From: an uncultured Clostridium sp.
Lineage (GTDB): Bacteria; Bacillota; Clostridia; TANB77; CAG-508
Assembly (NCBI GenBank): GCA_948467495.1
Contig: CAOKEO010000003.1
Location: forward strand, 9,602-73,601
Length of the DNA stretch: 64,000 bases
Reading direction: 5' to 3'
The notes under the pieces were generated by a model that made no database searches, was not told the DNA's origin, and saw only the letters and a program-made list of their open reading frames with translations. The position numbers and the translations under genes are program-made. Below are positions 31,035 through 41,396 of this stretch, one piece after another (position 1 is the stretch's first letter; every line of letters begins with the position of its first letter).

Positions 31035-33026
31035 TTATTCTTCTTCCGCTTCTACTACTCTATCTTCCTTCTTTGGTAAAAAACTCATCTTATACTTATC
31101 CAAAATGTAGCCCATATCTTTTGAAAACTCTTTCAGCATAACAATTTTGATTGTTGGGTCTTTTCCTTTAAGGTAATCATCAATGACTTGTTTTAGTTGC
31201 TTAATATTTTTCATCTCTGGTTCAATTTGTTTGGTATAGCGATTAGCTCTATCAGTTAATTTTTCTTTAATTAAGACAATATCCTCATTACTTGCACAAG
31301 AAATTCTTTGAAATAATTGGAATGGGTCGTAATATTTAAAAATAGGAACTTCCATACATTCTTGGTCAAATTTTTCATAGAATTGCTCCATTTTCATTGG
31401 AATACATTTCATAACCTCCTCTGCTTTTTCTTTATACATTTTATCTAGTAACTGGTCATTTAAGGCATTGAAATGTTTTAAAATGTCTTCCATGTCCTCT
31501 TCTACTTCTTCTATCGCAATCTTTCCCAATTCTTCTTTTGGATCTGGACAATATTCGGAAGATAAAGAGGCTATATTCATACCATTAAAAAATACACTTC
31601 TCAAAGTTTTTAAATCGTATTCAATCAATCCTTTTCTAGAAAAATAGCTAAAATACGCAAATAATTTTACCGTATCAATTAAATTCAAATTTCCTTCTTT
31701 CACATCATGAATGACTTCGCGAATAACAGTATCAAATTGGTCATCTGAAATCTTCCAATACTCTTCTGTTAATAATCTTTTATAGCCAGGTAAATTTTCG
31801 GTATCCACTGTATTTCTAATGGTTTCCATGTTTTCTTTAAATAATTTCATATCAAAAATACGAGTTCTGATATAATATTCAATAAATTTAAAGAAACGAT
31901 ATTCGGATTTGAAATTATAATAATAATTGTTATCAAATTCTTTAATATAAAATTGTCTGTTATCCATTAATATTCTAGAAGACACTAAAATAGACTTATA
32001 TTCTTCATTATCTTGAATATTAACAAATTTATCTTTGGTAATCTTACCTGCTTTGATTTCAAATGAAATCGCTATGGTAAATATCAACATCGTTTGCATA
32101 ACTCTATGATTGGTATTCGGATAGGATTTGTTGACCATTTCATAGATTTTCTTAAAGTCATTTAAAGCATGCTTCAAAATTCTTAAGTTTCTCGTTCCAC
32201 TCTTGTTAAAAGTGGATATAATAAGCCCTGTATTTTCTCTTAGAAATCGAATTAAGTCTGGGTTATTTTCATATCTCATCAAAATTCCATTGATAATATA
32301 ATCAAATTTTGGTGCATATTCAAAGGTTTCACCAATTAATTTTTCTTTGATTCTTTCATAATCATTGGCTTTATCAAAAACATGCTCGATTTTATCTTGA
32401 ATTTTCTCCACCATTGGTTTATCTGATTTATTTAACTCGTCTTGTTTGTCTAAAAGATAGGTCGCAATAAAAGTTTTCATTTCAAGGTTTGAGCTTTTTA
32501 ATTTAGTAGAAAGTTCTTTTTCGTTACAAATAATAATGGTTTTGATATGGTCATGTTCTACGAAATTGTTGATATATCCTAAAATATCAATAACATCTAC
32601 ATTAGCTCTTTCCAAGTCATCAAAACATAAAACCTTGTCATCTGTTGAGAAGAACTCGCCATAGTCTACTCTGTCTCCATTTTGAGTAACCCCAAAAAAG
32701 TTAGCCATGTCTATTCCTGTTTTCGCATACTCTGGAATAGTAGTTTGCCCATTGTCATCCATAAATCTTCTTAAGTTTTTATCCATTAATTGGGTCGTTT
32801 CAATGAATATCTTCTTACTAATTTCCTCTAAATTAGAAATTCCATATAAAGACATGTAAATGGTTGTATATCTTTTTCCATTTAACTGCAAAGACTCAAT
32901 CTTTTTTCTGATTTTGTTGTTCCAAAAATGTGTCTTTCCAGACCCCCACTCTCCATTAATCATAATGGCATAGTCTGTGTAATCTGACCTTACATAGTCT
33001 AATATGCTTTCAACTAAATCTTCCAT
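31035..33026 (-). CDS. KAP family P-loop NTPase, stand-alone
   Basis: 663 aa. INGEWGSGKTHFW (Walker A in KAP context) and VLCFDDLERA (KAP-type Walker B DDL[DE]R), followed by a long alpha-helical C-terminal region. No TM insert seen. Confidence 0.7.
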   Translation of the reverse strand: MEDLVESILDYVRSDYTDYAIMINGEWGSGKTHFWNNKIRKKIESLQLNGKRYTTIYMSLYGISNLEEISKKIFIETTQLMDKNLRRFMDDNGQTTIPEYAKTGIDMANFFGVTQNGDRVDYGEFFSTDDKVLCFDDLERANVDVIDILGYINNFVEHDHIKTIIICNEKELSTKLKSSNLEMKTFIATYLLDKQDELNKSDKPMVEKIQDKIEHVFDKANDYERIKEKLIGETFEYAPKFDYIINGILMRYENNPDLIRFLRENTGLIISTFNKSGTRNLRILKHALNDFKKIYEMVNKSYPNTNHRVMQTMLIFTIAISFEIKAGKITKDKFVNIQDNEEYKSILVSSRILMDNRQFYIKEFDNNYYYNFKSEYRFFKFIEYYIRTRIFDMKLFKENMETIRNTVDTENLPGYKRLLTEEYWKISDDQFDTVIREVIHDVKEGNLNLIDTVKLFAYFSYFSRKGLIEYDLKTLRSVFFNGMNIASLSSEYCPDPKEELGKIAIEEVEEDMEDILKHFNALNDQLLDKMYKEKAEEVMKCIPMKMEQFYEKFDQECMEVPIFKYYDPFQLFQRISCASNEDIVLIKEKLTDRANRYTKQIEPEMKNIKQLKQVIDDYLKGKDPTIKIVMLKEFSKDMGYILDKYKMSFLPKKEDRVVEAEEE

Positions 33027-33138
33027 TTCAAACTTTCCTCCCTAATTTGAGACAAGATGGATGGTCTCATTTGTCTCATTTCTTTGAAAATAAGGACATA
33101 GAGACATAAATAATATTCCTAAATATTCAAAATTTCCA

Positions 33139-33284
33139 ACTTAATGTGTTATTTATTATTTTTGCAACACTGCGTAAGCACTAAACGAGCAGAGCAAGTA
33201 GCATTGGAGCAACCTATCATGTTTAAAATCTGAAGGTTGCGACACACAAAGTGTAAAAAAATAATAAATAACACATTAAGTTGA
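33139..33284. repeat. large palindromic element (perfect 26-bp inverted arms around an 80-bp structured core)
   Basis: AACTTAATGTGTTATTTATTATTTTT ... AAAAATAATAAATAACACATTAAGTT. The core contains ACTGCGTAAGC and a GCAACCT/AGGTTGC hairpin. Confidence 0.85.
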
Positions 33285-33341
33285 TAGCATTGTTTATTGC
33301 ATAGGGACATTATCTATGTCCCCATGTCCCTTGTCCACAAT

Positions 33342-33989
33342 TTAATCCTTTGCCAATGTAAACACACCAATAAATTTAGGTTTTGCTTGTTCTAACATTC
33401 TAGCACATTCATTGACAGTACTTCCTGTTGTATAAATATCATCAATCAGTAATATTTTTTTATCTTGTAACAATTTTTCATGGCGTAATTCATACACACC
33501 TTGTATATTTTTTTGTCTTTCTTCTTTGTTTAGTTTACTTTGTTCTATAATATTCCTTGTCTTAAAAAGGCATTGATTATCATAATGGTTTCCGATTGCT
33601 TTGGTTATTTCTTTCGCTATTAATTCACTTTGATTATAGCCTCTTTCTTTTCTTCTTTTTTGACTGATTGGAACTGGTATCATTGTATCATAAGATTGTA
33701 AAATTTCAAAGAATTTTTCATTTTTTAACAAAAAATTTACAAAAGTTTTATATAAATAGGATTTGTCATTGAATTTATAATTTAAGATAATCTTTCTTAT
33801 CATTCCCTGATATTCAAAGATATATAAATGTTCTTGAAAATAATAACTGATATTTTGGTTTTTTTCGATTTGAAATTTAGCTTGGATTTCTAATTGTTTT
33901 TGACATTTGTTGCATAAAAAATTTGGATTTAGTTTTCCACAAATTCCACATGTTGGTGGATAAATTAGATTTAATATTTGATTTAAAAT
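33342..33989 (-). CDS. comFC: ComF family protein (ComFC; phosphoribosyltransferase domain with N-terminal Zn finger), apparent ATT start
   Basis: PRT motif ILLIDDIYTTGST. The Zn finger PPTCGICG...CNKC lies in frame upstream of the track's first ATG. The only SD-spaced candidate start is ATT 33989 (AAAGGAG 7 nt upstream). Confidence 0.7.
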   Translation of the reverse strand: MLNQILNLIYPPTCGICGKLNPNFLCNKCQKQLEIQAKFQIEKNQNISYYFQEHLYIFEYQGMIRKIILNYKFNDKSYLYKTFVNFLLKNEKFFEILQSYDTMIPVPISQKRRKERGYNQSELIAKEITKAIGNHYDNQCLFKTRNIIEQSKLNKEERQKNIQGVYELRHEKLLQDKKILLIDDIYTTGSTVNECARMLEQAKPKFIGVFTLAKD

Positions 33990-34240
33990 TTGATTTCTCC
34001 TTTTGATTAAATTTTTATAAATTAAATGAGTTTTAAATAATTTCTCTTGGAATAAAAAATAGGTAAGATATAAACTTTTTTGATTTTAATAGCAATTTAT
34101 AATCTTTCATTTCTTTTATTGCTTCCTCTATCAGTGTTACTTTCCCTTTTCTAATATTATCTTGTGCCTTTTTTATTTTATTTAAAAATTGTTGTCTATA
34201 AATTTCATTTTTTCATACCTTGGTGTCACAACCCTCTGAT

Positions 34241-34290
34241 ATTTAAATTATATAAAATTATTTTAACCAATAATTTTATATAATTTAAAT
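34241..34290. repeat. perfect 22-bp-arm palindrome
   Basis: ATTTAAATTATATAAAATTATT-TTAACC-AATAATTTTATATAATTTAAAT. Confidence 0.85.
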
Positions 34291-34462
34291 GATGTAGGTT
34301 GTTCCAATTCGCACTCGCTTTGCTCGTTTTGCTGTCCACTGTTAAAGCTTTGCTTGTTACAGTGGCAGTATGCAGTAGCTGGTCGCTTACGCGGTATTTC
34401 AAAAATAATATATTAAACTTTCACTGTAAAAAGGAATATTAATAATGCTGAACAGTAACACA

Positions 34463-34527
34463 ATTCAGAAGTTTTGTTTTTTGCAATAAAAAATATAGAA
34501 ACTTTCTAATTGGAATATATCACTTCT
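34463..34527 (+). repeat. orphan copy of the TAGAAACTTTCTA upstream element
   Basis: CAGAAGTTTTGTTTTTTGCAATAAAAAATATAGAAACTTTCTAATTGGAATATATCACTTCTGATAGTTAC. No promoter hexamers at the +58 position. Confidence 0.6.
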
Positions 34528-34584
34528 GATAGTTACAAAAAAATTTCGACATATGTTAATATAGGTTCACTTCACAACAATTGA

Positions 34585-36823
34585 CTATTTTTCCTCTTTT
34601 ATCATTGTCATTTTATACCCTAAACCTGTATTTCTCTTTTTGACTTCCACATTTTGAATCATAAAATCCACTACATTTTCCATACCAACAATCACTAGAA
34701 GCTTTTTTGCTCTCGTAATACCTGTATAAAGTAAATTCCTAGTAATCAGCATTGGCGAAGTTGGTGGAACTACCATAATAACTACATCAAACTCGCTTCC
34801 GTTGAGATTTATGTATGGTAATCGCATAACTATGTTCAATTTGGTCTAAATTCGAAAATTCATACCAAGCCACTTTTTCATCATCAAATCGAATTTCCAC
34901 CTGTTTTTCCTTTTCGTTAATTTCTGTAATTGTTCCTATTTCTCCATTAAAAACGCCACTTCCCATTTCTTTTTTACCGAGAACTTTCCTTTCCCAGTAG
35001 ATGTCATAATTATTTTTAATTTGCATCACTCGGTCACCAGCTCGATAAACAGCTCCCATACTCGCCTTTTCTGGCAAATTATCGATATTAGGATTCAACT
35101 GTTGTTGTAAAGCCTTATTCAATTCCTTTGTTCCAAGCATTCCTTTTTTGGTGGGAGATAAAACTTGTATATTTTGAAAAAAATCATAATCTCCGTAATT
35201 TTGTAATCTCCCTGTACATAAAGAAATTACCTCTACCAACATCTTTTCTTGACTCATTCCCTTAATAAAAAAGAAATCCTCTAGCATTTCTTCTAAAATC
35301 TCGTCTTCTCCCTTTTTCAAAAAGCCTTCTCCTTGATTCACTCTATGGGCATTTAAGACAATTTTACTCTTGGCTGCTTGTCTAAAAATTTTATCTAAAT
35401 GAATGGTTGCAATTTGTTCTGAATGAATTAAATCTTTTAAAACACAACCTGGTCCCACAGATGCCAGCTGGTCTTCATCTCCAACCAATACTAATTTTGT
35501 GCCTTGATAAATGCATTTTAGTAAATAATTCATCAAAAACATGTCCACCATTGACATTTCATCTACCACAATTAAATCACCATCAATGGGTGCCCCTTCA
35601 TAATCTGACGTATTTTTATACAGACTATCTTCGTCAATTTTTCCAATTTCTAATAAGCGATGTAAAGTAGAAGCCTCTTTTCCTGTTGTCTCAGTCATTC
35701 TTTTGGCTGCTCTCCCCGTTGGTGCACAAAGAACCACTTTCTTTCCTTTTTCTTCATAAATATCAATCATTGTTTTTATAATGGTAGTTTTTCCTGTACC
35801 TGGTCCACCAGTAATAATAGCTACATTATTATCATTGATTAATTTGATAGCTTCTTTTTGTTTTTCTGATAATTCAATCTTTGACTTTGCCTCCACTTTT
35901 TTTAGTTCTGATTCCATATGAGCTACTTTTTTAACATTTTTGGCATTTTGCAATCTGTTAATTCGAATCGCAATTTCTGCTTCTGTGTTGAAAAAGACTT
36001 GCAAATAAACATATTCTTCGCCTTCTCTTTCTTCAGTTACAATTTCATCTTTTACCTTTAAGCGAATTATCCCATCTTCTACATTTTCCGTTGACACATC
36101 TAAAAGGTCAATCACAAATTCAATCAAATTACTTTTTAATACACAAGCATGTCCATTATAAGTACTTCTGATGAGTCCATATTTAATCCCACTCATCACT
36201 CTCTTTTCATTATCATAATTAATCCCTAAATCAAGAGCCATTTTATCAATCTGCTTGAAATCTACGCCTCTTGCTATATCAATTAAAATATACGGATTTG
36301 CCTCAATTTGTTCAATCGCATTAGCTCCCAATAAATCGAATACTTTTTTCGCATGCTCTGCACCGATTCCAAATCTCTCTAGAAATCCTACAATCTGCCA
36401 CACTTCCCAATTTTGTATAAAATCTTCTGACATCTGGATGGCCTTACTTTCCGAAATACCTTTTATCTCTGCCAATCTCTTTGGTTCATACTTAAAAATG
36501 GAAATCGTTTCCTCACCAAATCTCTTTACAATCCTTTTGGCTAAAGCTTCACCAATTCCTTTAATATTTCCATTCGCCAAATATCTCTCTAATGCTCCTA
36601 ATGTTTGTGGCATCAACTTTTCAAAAGTATCTATCTTAAATTGTCTTCCATATTCTTTATGTTCTACAAACTTTCCTATCACCTTCAATGTATCACCACT
36701 ATTAATAAACGGCAAATATCCCACCACTGTAGTAGTTTCATCTTCCATCTCAAATTCAGCTATCGTATAACTATTAATTTCATTTTTATAGATAATATCT
36801 TGTATTTCTCCTGTAATTTCCAT
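34585..36823 (-). pseudogene. recD2: ATP-dependent RecD2-like DNA helicase, split by a single-base frameshift near 34801
   Basis: ORF 34787..36823 (GGPGTGKTT, VVDEMSMVD, ...YAITIHKSQ) plus ORF 34585..34839 (GSEFDVVIM..LLYTGITRAKKLLVIVG). Removing the C in CAA-C-GGA restores HKSQGSEFD. Confidence 0.85.
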
Positions 36824-36888
36824 TTAACTCTCCTTTTTGTAAATACAAGTCTATCATAAATCATTTTCCTTTTCAAGTGGTATTTTTT

Positions 36889-36946
36889 TTGGGTGTCTTC
36901 TGGGACAGGCACCAATTATCCCTAACGGTGTTTTTTGGGACAGGTC
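36889..36946. repeat. GGGACAGG..ATTATCCCT element (inverted relative to 38396..38496)
   Basis: TTGGGTGTCTTCTGGGACAGGCACCAATTATCCCTAACGGTGTTTTTTGGGACAGGTC. Confidence 0.8.
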
Positions 36947-36965
36947 TTATTTTTATCCCTTTATT

Positions 36966-37319
36966 TCAGCTTTCGTCCACATTGTCAATCATATCTTTAC
37001 ATTCCTTCCAACTAGTTACCTTCAGACAATCATATTCTAACTCTAATTTCTGTGCTATTTCTTTTGTTTTATCAATTGATTTTAAATCTGCTACAATAAT
37101 ATTTTTTAAGTATTCTTCTTTGCCATATAGTATCTTAAATAAACTTGAGCGTAAAAAGCCTTCAATTTTCTCCTCTTGATTTTTCACAGCTATAATCAAA
37201 TAAATTCCATCCGATTGGAATTTTGTGTATGTAAATATGTCTACTATATTTTTTATAATTTCGAAAAAACCATAAATGGCAAGTGTCCAAAAAATGGTAT
37301 TTAAAATAAACTCCATCAT
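36966..37319 (-). CDS. hypothetical membrane-anchored protein
   Basis: 117 aa with an N-terminal hydrophobic helix. No family recognised. Confidence 0.4.
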   Translation of the reverse strand: MMEFILNTIFWTLAIYGFFEIIKNIVDIFTYTKFQSDGIYLIIAVKNQEEKIEGFLRSSLFKILYGKEEYLKNIIVADLKSIDKTKEIAQKLELEYDCLKVTSWKECKDMIDNVDES

Positions 37320-37378
37320 TTCTTAGCCTCCTGGTTCTATTATATGTGTTAGTGTTTCAATTGGTGCTTTTATATTAT

Positions 37379-38267
37379 CTAATCTACCTTTATTTCTTTT
37401 CTTCTTACGATTTCATTTGCTGCTTTCTTCCTATGAAATTCATCTAATACATACACTCTTTTTATAATCCATTCTAATCCTGTTTTTATCCAATTTGCTC
37501 CATGGCCGGAAATATATACTCTTTCTAAATAATCTGTATCATAGTTGTTTTCTAAATAAGTCATAACTTCTTGCCATAAATCATCTATTTTCTTTGTGTA
37601 AATTCCTCCAAAATGTTTTTTATTTTTTAGCTCAAATTTTTTACTTTTGCTACTATACTATCTATACAATGATTAGTCTTGGTTCTTCTATTCCTCCTTT
37701 TTGTAAATGCACATAATTTTTATCTGCCATGATATATATTCTTTTTACTTTCTTTTTGCTCTTTTTTCTTCTGACATTTCTGACTTAAAATCTAATTTAT
37801 TAATTTGATTTTTATGGTTTGTTTTGATATTTCTGTCTCGTATGATGCTTTCTGTCTAGCCTTTTTATAGGACATTTCTCTTGCTTCTTCTATTAATTTT
37901 TCTTTTACATTTGGTAACATTCTTTCTCTTTTTTCTAGTTTTAAAAATTGGTCTAACTGATAAATTCTTTCTTTAGTCTCCTTATCTTGATAATATCTTC
38001 TTTTAAAATTTACTTCTCCAAAGATTGATATGATTGTTCTATCATCTTTTTCTAAGTATTCAAATTTTTCTTTTCTGTCTTTTAATTCTAAAATTATATT
38101 TTCTGCACATTCTACTAAAAATTGTGTTACTTGGTTTCCGAACACTATCATTTTGCTTTCTAAATCATTTGTAAAATCTGATATCCTTTTTCTGTTATTG
38201 AATTTTTTAAACAATTTGCTACTAAAGTAATGACTTTTTCATTAAAATCGTGTAAAATATTTTCCAT
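37379..38267 (-). mobile_element. degraded ISLre2/UPF0236-family transposase gene (multiple frameshifts, internally deleted)
   Basis: Fragments MENILHDFNEKV.., ..RTIISIFGEVNFKRRYYQDKETKERIYQLDQFL.., ..ADKNYVHLQKGG.. and ..YISGHGANWIK.. lie in different frames. Total length is far below that of an intact transposase. Confidence 0.7.
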
Positions 38268-38395
38268 AAGATACCCCTTTCAATTGGTTAAAAATCTTTC
38301 TGTTTTATTTATTTTAACACAATTTTGATTTAGATATCTTTGTTTTTATTTAATTAAATTTCCCGAATTTATTTTACACTAACTTTATTTTTTAA

Positions 38396-38496
38396 CCTGT
38401 CCCAAAAAACACCTATAGGGATAATCAGTGCCTGTCCCAAAAGTAACCAAAAGGGATAGTCGGTGCCTGTCCCAAAACACACCCACAACGCACCAC
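38396..38496. repeat. CCTGTCCCAAAA..AGGGATAAT tandem element (about 2.7 units)
   Basis: CCTGTCCCAAAAAACACCTATAGGGATAATCAGTG / CCTGTCCCAAAAGTAACCAAAAGGGATAGTCGGTG / CCTGTCCCAAAACAC... Confidence 0.8.
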
Positions 38497-38520
38497 AAAA
38501 AAAGCCACCATATTGGTGGA
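38497..38520 (-). terminator. intrinsic terminator of the ribosomal alpha operon
   Basis: Minus strand CCACCA-ATA-TGGTGG followed by CTTTTTTT, 18 nt after the rplQ stop. Confidence 0.7.
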
Positions 38521-38537
38521 TTTTCTTTTTTTAATAA

Positions 38538-39065
38538 TTATATAAGTTGTAATATAGCAACTTCTGCTCCGTCACCTCTTCTAGGTCCTGCTTTGATAAT
38601 ACGTGTATATCCTCCCACATTTTTACCAGCATATTTTGGAGCGATTTCATTGAATAATTTTGATGGTAAATCAATATTATTTCCTTTGTTGTCTTTTACT
38701 TTGTTTAATTTTCTCATCATTTTTCTTCTAGCATTTAATCTAGTTGGCATATCTTTTTGTCTTTGCTCTGTTGTTTCTTCTTTTACTACTTTTAGATATT
38801 CTTTACCATTTTTGCTTTTTACTAATTCTGTTTCTTTATTACCTTTTTCATCTAATTTAGCTTTTACAACTTTAACATCTACCATTTCAAAGTTATCTTT
38901 TTCTTTGATAGCAAGTGATATTATGCTGTCAACAATGGATTTTACTTCTTTTGCTCTAGCTAATGTTGTTTCAACTTTTCCATACATGATTAAATCTGTT
39001 GTTAAGTTTTTTAACATTGCCATTCTGATGTCTGTTGTTCTACCTAATTTTCTATTTGTAGCCAA
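38538..39065 (-). CDS. rplQ: 50S ribosomal protein L17 (with a large internal insertion)
   Basis: (M)ATNRKLGRTTDIRMAMLKNLTTDL...GGYTRIIKAGPRRGDGAEVAILQL. TTG start 39065 with GGAAGGTG upstream. Confidence 0.9.
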   Translation of the reverse strand: MATNRKLGRTTDIRMAMLKNLTTDLIMYGKVETTLARAKEVKSIVDSIISLAIKEKDNFEMVDVKVVKAKLDEKGNKETELVKSKNGKEYLKVVKEETTEQRQKDMPTRLNARRKMMRKLNKVKDNKGNNIDLPSKLFNEIAPKYAGKNVGGYTRIIKAGPRRGDGAEVAILQLI

Positions 39066-39189
39066 TTTTTTCACCTTCCTTTTTCTAATGACAAGGGACA
39101 CTCTTTTCTATTGGTTTATCCACTTGAGTTAAGGAATGTCCCTTTCCCCTAGTGAATTAGTGCTTACCCTATTTTATAAATTTTTCTTA

Positions 39190-40137
39190 CTATTCATCCT
39201 CTGAGGCAAAATCTAATCCCAATGAATGCAATTTTGCTGTTACTTCATCAAATGACTTTTTACCTAAATTTCTTACTTTCATCATATCCGTTTCAGATTT
39301 ATTGGTTAAATCTTCAACGGTAGCAATTCCTGCTCTTTTTAGACAGTTGAATGATCTAACAGATAATTCTAATTCTTCAATTGACATTTCTAATACTTTT
39401 TCTTTTTTAGATTCTTCTTTTTCAATCATAACTTGTGTATTTTTGGTTGCTTCTGATAAATCAATAAATAATTCTAGATGTCCTGTCATTACTTTAGCTG
39501 CTAAGCTTAAAGCTTCATGTGCTTTTAGGCTTCCATCTGTCCATACTTCAATCACTAATTTATCATAATCCACCATTTGACCAACTCTAGTATTTTCTAC
39601 TTGATAGTTGACTTTTTTAACTGGTGTATAAATAGAGTCAATTGGAAGCACAGATATATCCTGATTTGCTTTTTTATTTTTATCAGCAGAATTATATCCT
39701 CTACCTTTATCTGCTGTCATTTCCATTTTTAAACTTCCACCTTCAGAAATAGTAGCAATATGTAACTCTGGATTTAAGATTTCAACAGTTCCATCTGTAA
39801 TGATATCTCCTGCCTTAACTTCTCCTTGACCTTTCATATCAATTCTTAAAATTTTATCTTCATTGTCATCAAATTTTAATCTAACATTTTTCAAATTGAT
39901 AATAATTTCTGGCACATCTTCTACTATATTGGGAATGGTAGAAAATTCATGTAATACTCCATCTATTTTCACACTTGTTATAGCACATCCTGGAAGTGAT
40001 GAAAGTAAAATTCTTCTCAAAGAATTTCCTATTGTTACTCCATAACCTCTTTCTAATGGCTCACATACAAATTTTGCATAATTATTTGTATCATCAACCT
40101 CTAGACATTCAATATTTGGCTTTTCAAATTCTATCAT
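39190..40137 (-). CDS. rpoA: DNA-directed RNA polymerase subunit alpha
   Basis: 315 aa: [15 protein letters not shown]-terminal domain [16 protein letters not shown]. Confidence 0.97.
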   Translation of the reverse strand: MIEFEKPNIECLEVDDTNNYAKFVCEPLERGYGVTIGNSLRRILLSSLPGCAITSVKIDGVLHEFSTIPNIVEDVPEIIINLKNVRLKFDDNEDKILRIDMKGQGEVKAGDIITDGTVEILNPELHIATISEGGSLKMEMTADKGRGYNSADKNKKANQDISVLPIDSIYTPVKKVNYQVENTRVGQMVDYDKLVIEVWTDGSLKAHEALSLAAKVMTGHLELFIDLSEATKNTQVMIEKEESKKEKVLEMSIEELELSVRSFNCLKRAGIATVEDLTNKSETDMMKVRNLGKKSFDEVTAKLHSLGLDFASEDE

Positions 40138-40165
40138 TTTTACCTCCTAATATTTTAAAAAATTA

Positions 40166-40792
40166 TTATTTTGAGTAAAGCTCTACTATTAAATGTTCTT
40201 CAATTGGAATATCTATATCTTCTCTAGATGCTAATCTGATGACTTTACCGCTTACGTTTGCATTGTCTTTTTCTAGCCATTCTGGAACTGGTCTTTTACT
40301 TGATTCTTCTACATTTATTTTGATAGTAGCATTATCTTTTTTACTTTCTCTTACTGTAATAACATCTCCTGCTTTTACTAGATAAGATGGAATATCTACT
40401 TTTTTACCATTTACTTCAAATTGAGCATGATTTACGAATTGTCTTGCTTGTGCTCTCGATGTTCCAAATCCTAATCGATACACTACATTATCTAATCTAC
40501 TTTCTAATATTTGTAATAAATTTTCACCAGTTACACCTTTTTTATTAGAAGCCATTTCGAAGTATTTTCTAAATTGTTTTTCTCCTACCCCATAATATGC
40601 TTTTGTTTTTTGTTTTTCTCTTAATTGCATTCCGTATTCAGAAAGTTTTGCTCTTTTTTGTCCATGTTGACCTGGTGCATAGTTTCTTCTAGAAATACTA
40701 CATTTATCGGTATAACATCTTTCACCTTTTAAGAACAATTTTTGTCCTTCTCTACGACATCTACGACATTGTTCGTCTTTATATCTTGCCAT
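40166..40792 (-). CDS. rpsD: 30S ribosomal protein S4
   Basis: [26 protein letters not shown]... Start ATG 40792 with AAAGGAG upstream. Confidence 0.96.
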   Translation of the reverse strand: MARYKDEQCRRCRREGQKLFLKGERCYTDKCSISRRNYAPGQHGQKRAKLSEYGMQLREKQKTKAYYGVGEKQFRKYFEMASNKKGVTGENLLQILESRLDNVVYRLGFGTSRAQARQFVNHAQFEVNGKKVDIPSYLVKAGDVITVRESKKDNATIKINVEESSKRPVPEWLEKDNANVSGKVIRLASREDIDIPIEEHLIVELYSK

Positions 40793-40864
40793 TTTCTTAC
40801 TCCTTTCTTCTAATGACAAGGGATACACTAATGTGTTGACCCTTACTTAATTTTTCTATCCATT

Positions 40865-41260
40865 TTATACTCTTCTTCTTTTTGGTGGTCTACAACCATT
40901 GTGTGGTATTGGTGTCACATCTTTAATGCTACTTAATTCAAGACCTGCTGTTTGAAGAGCACGAATTGCTGCTTCTCTACCTGAACCAGGCCCTTTTACA
41001 AATACTTCTACTGATTTTAATCCATGTTCCATAGCAGCTTTAGCAGCTGTTTCTGCAACTTGACCTGCTGCATATGGTGTACTTTTTCTTGAACCTTTAA
41101 ATCCTAATTCTCCAGCACTTCCCCATGCGATTGCATTTCCTTGTGTATCTGTAATAGTAACGATTGTATTATTAAAACTAGAATGAATATGTGCAGCTCC
41201 TTTTTCAATGTTTTTCCTATTTCTTCTAGCTACTTTTTTCGTTGTTACATTTTTAGCCAT
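40865..41260 (-). CDS. rpsK: 30S ribosomal protein S11
   Basis: [18 protein letters not shown]...[16 protein letters not shown]. Confidence 0.97.
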   Translation of the reverse strand: MAKNVTTKKVARRNRKNIEKGAAHIHSSFNNTIVTITDTQGNAIAWGSAGELGFKGSRKSTPYAAGQVAETAAKAAMEHGLKSVEVFVKGPGSGREAAIRALQTAGLELSSIKDVTPIPHNGCRPPKRRRV

Positions 41261-41396
41261 TTTGCTTTTTCCTCCTTATTCAAAAATTTCATTCTGAATT
41301 TCTATCTTTCTTTTAAGAAAATTTTTCACTGATTCTATAAAATTGATTAAAAATTATTTTACAATTAGCAAATTTAACCTTTTATCAATTGCTATG

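Noticed and set aside
34033-34216. Small ORF MKNEIYRQQFLNKIKKAQDNIRKGKVTLIEEAIKEM.., readable only if the A6 run at 34208..34213 is shortened by one; it looks vaguely antitoxin-like
   Set aside because: It needs a frameshift, has no partner toxin gene, and I cannot substantiate the similarity. It is possibly another relic, but is unsupported.
38428-39132. Long plus-strand ORFs antisense to conserved genes (38428..39132, 50642..51160, 36255..36770, 19139..19579, 49729..50115, 44000..44335 and many 60-110-aa ORFs)
   Set aside because: They are shadow ORFs opposite strongly conserved minus-strand genes in AT-rich DNA. They have low-complexity F/L/S/I-rich translations and no SD.
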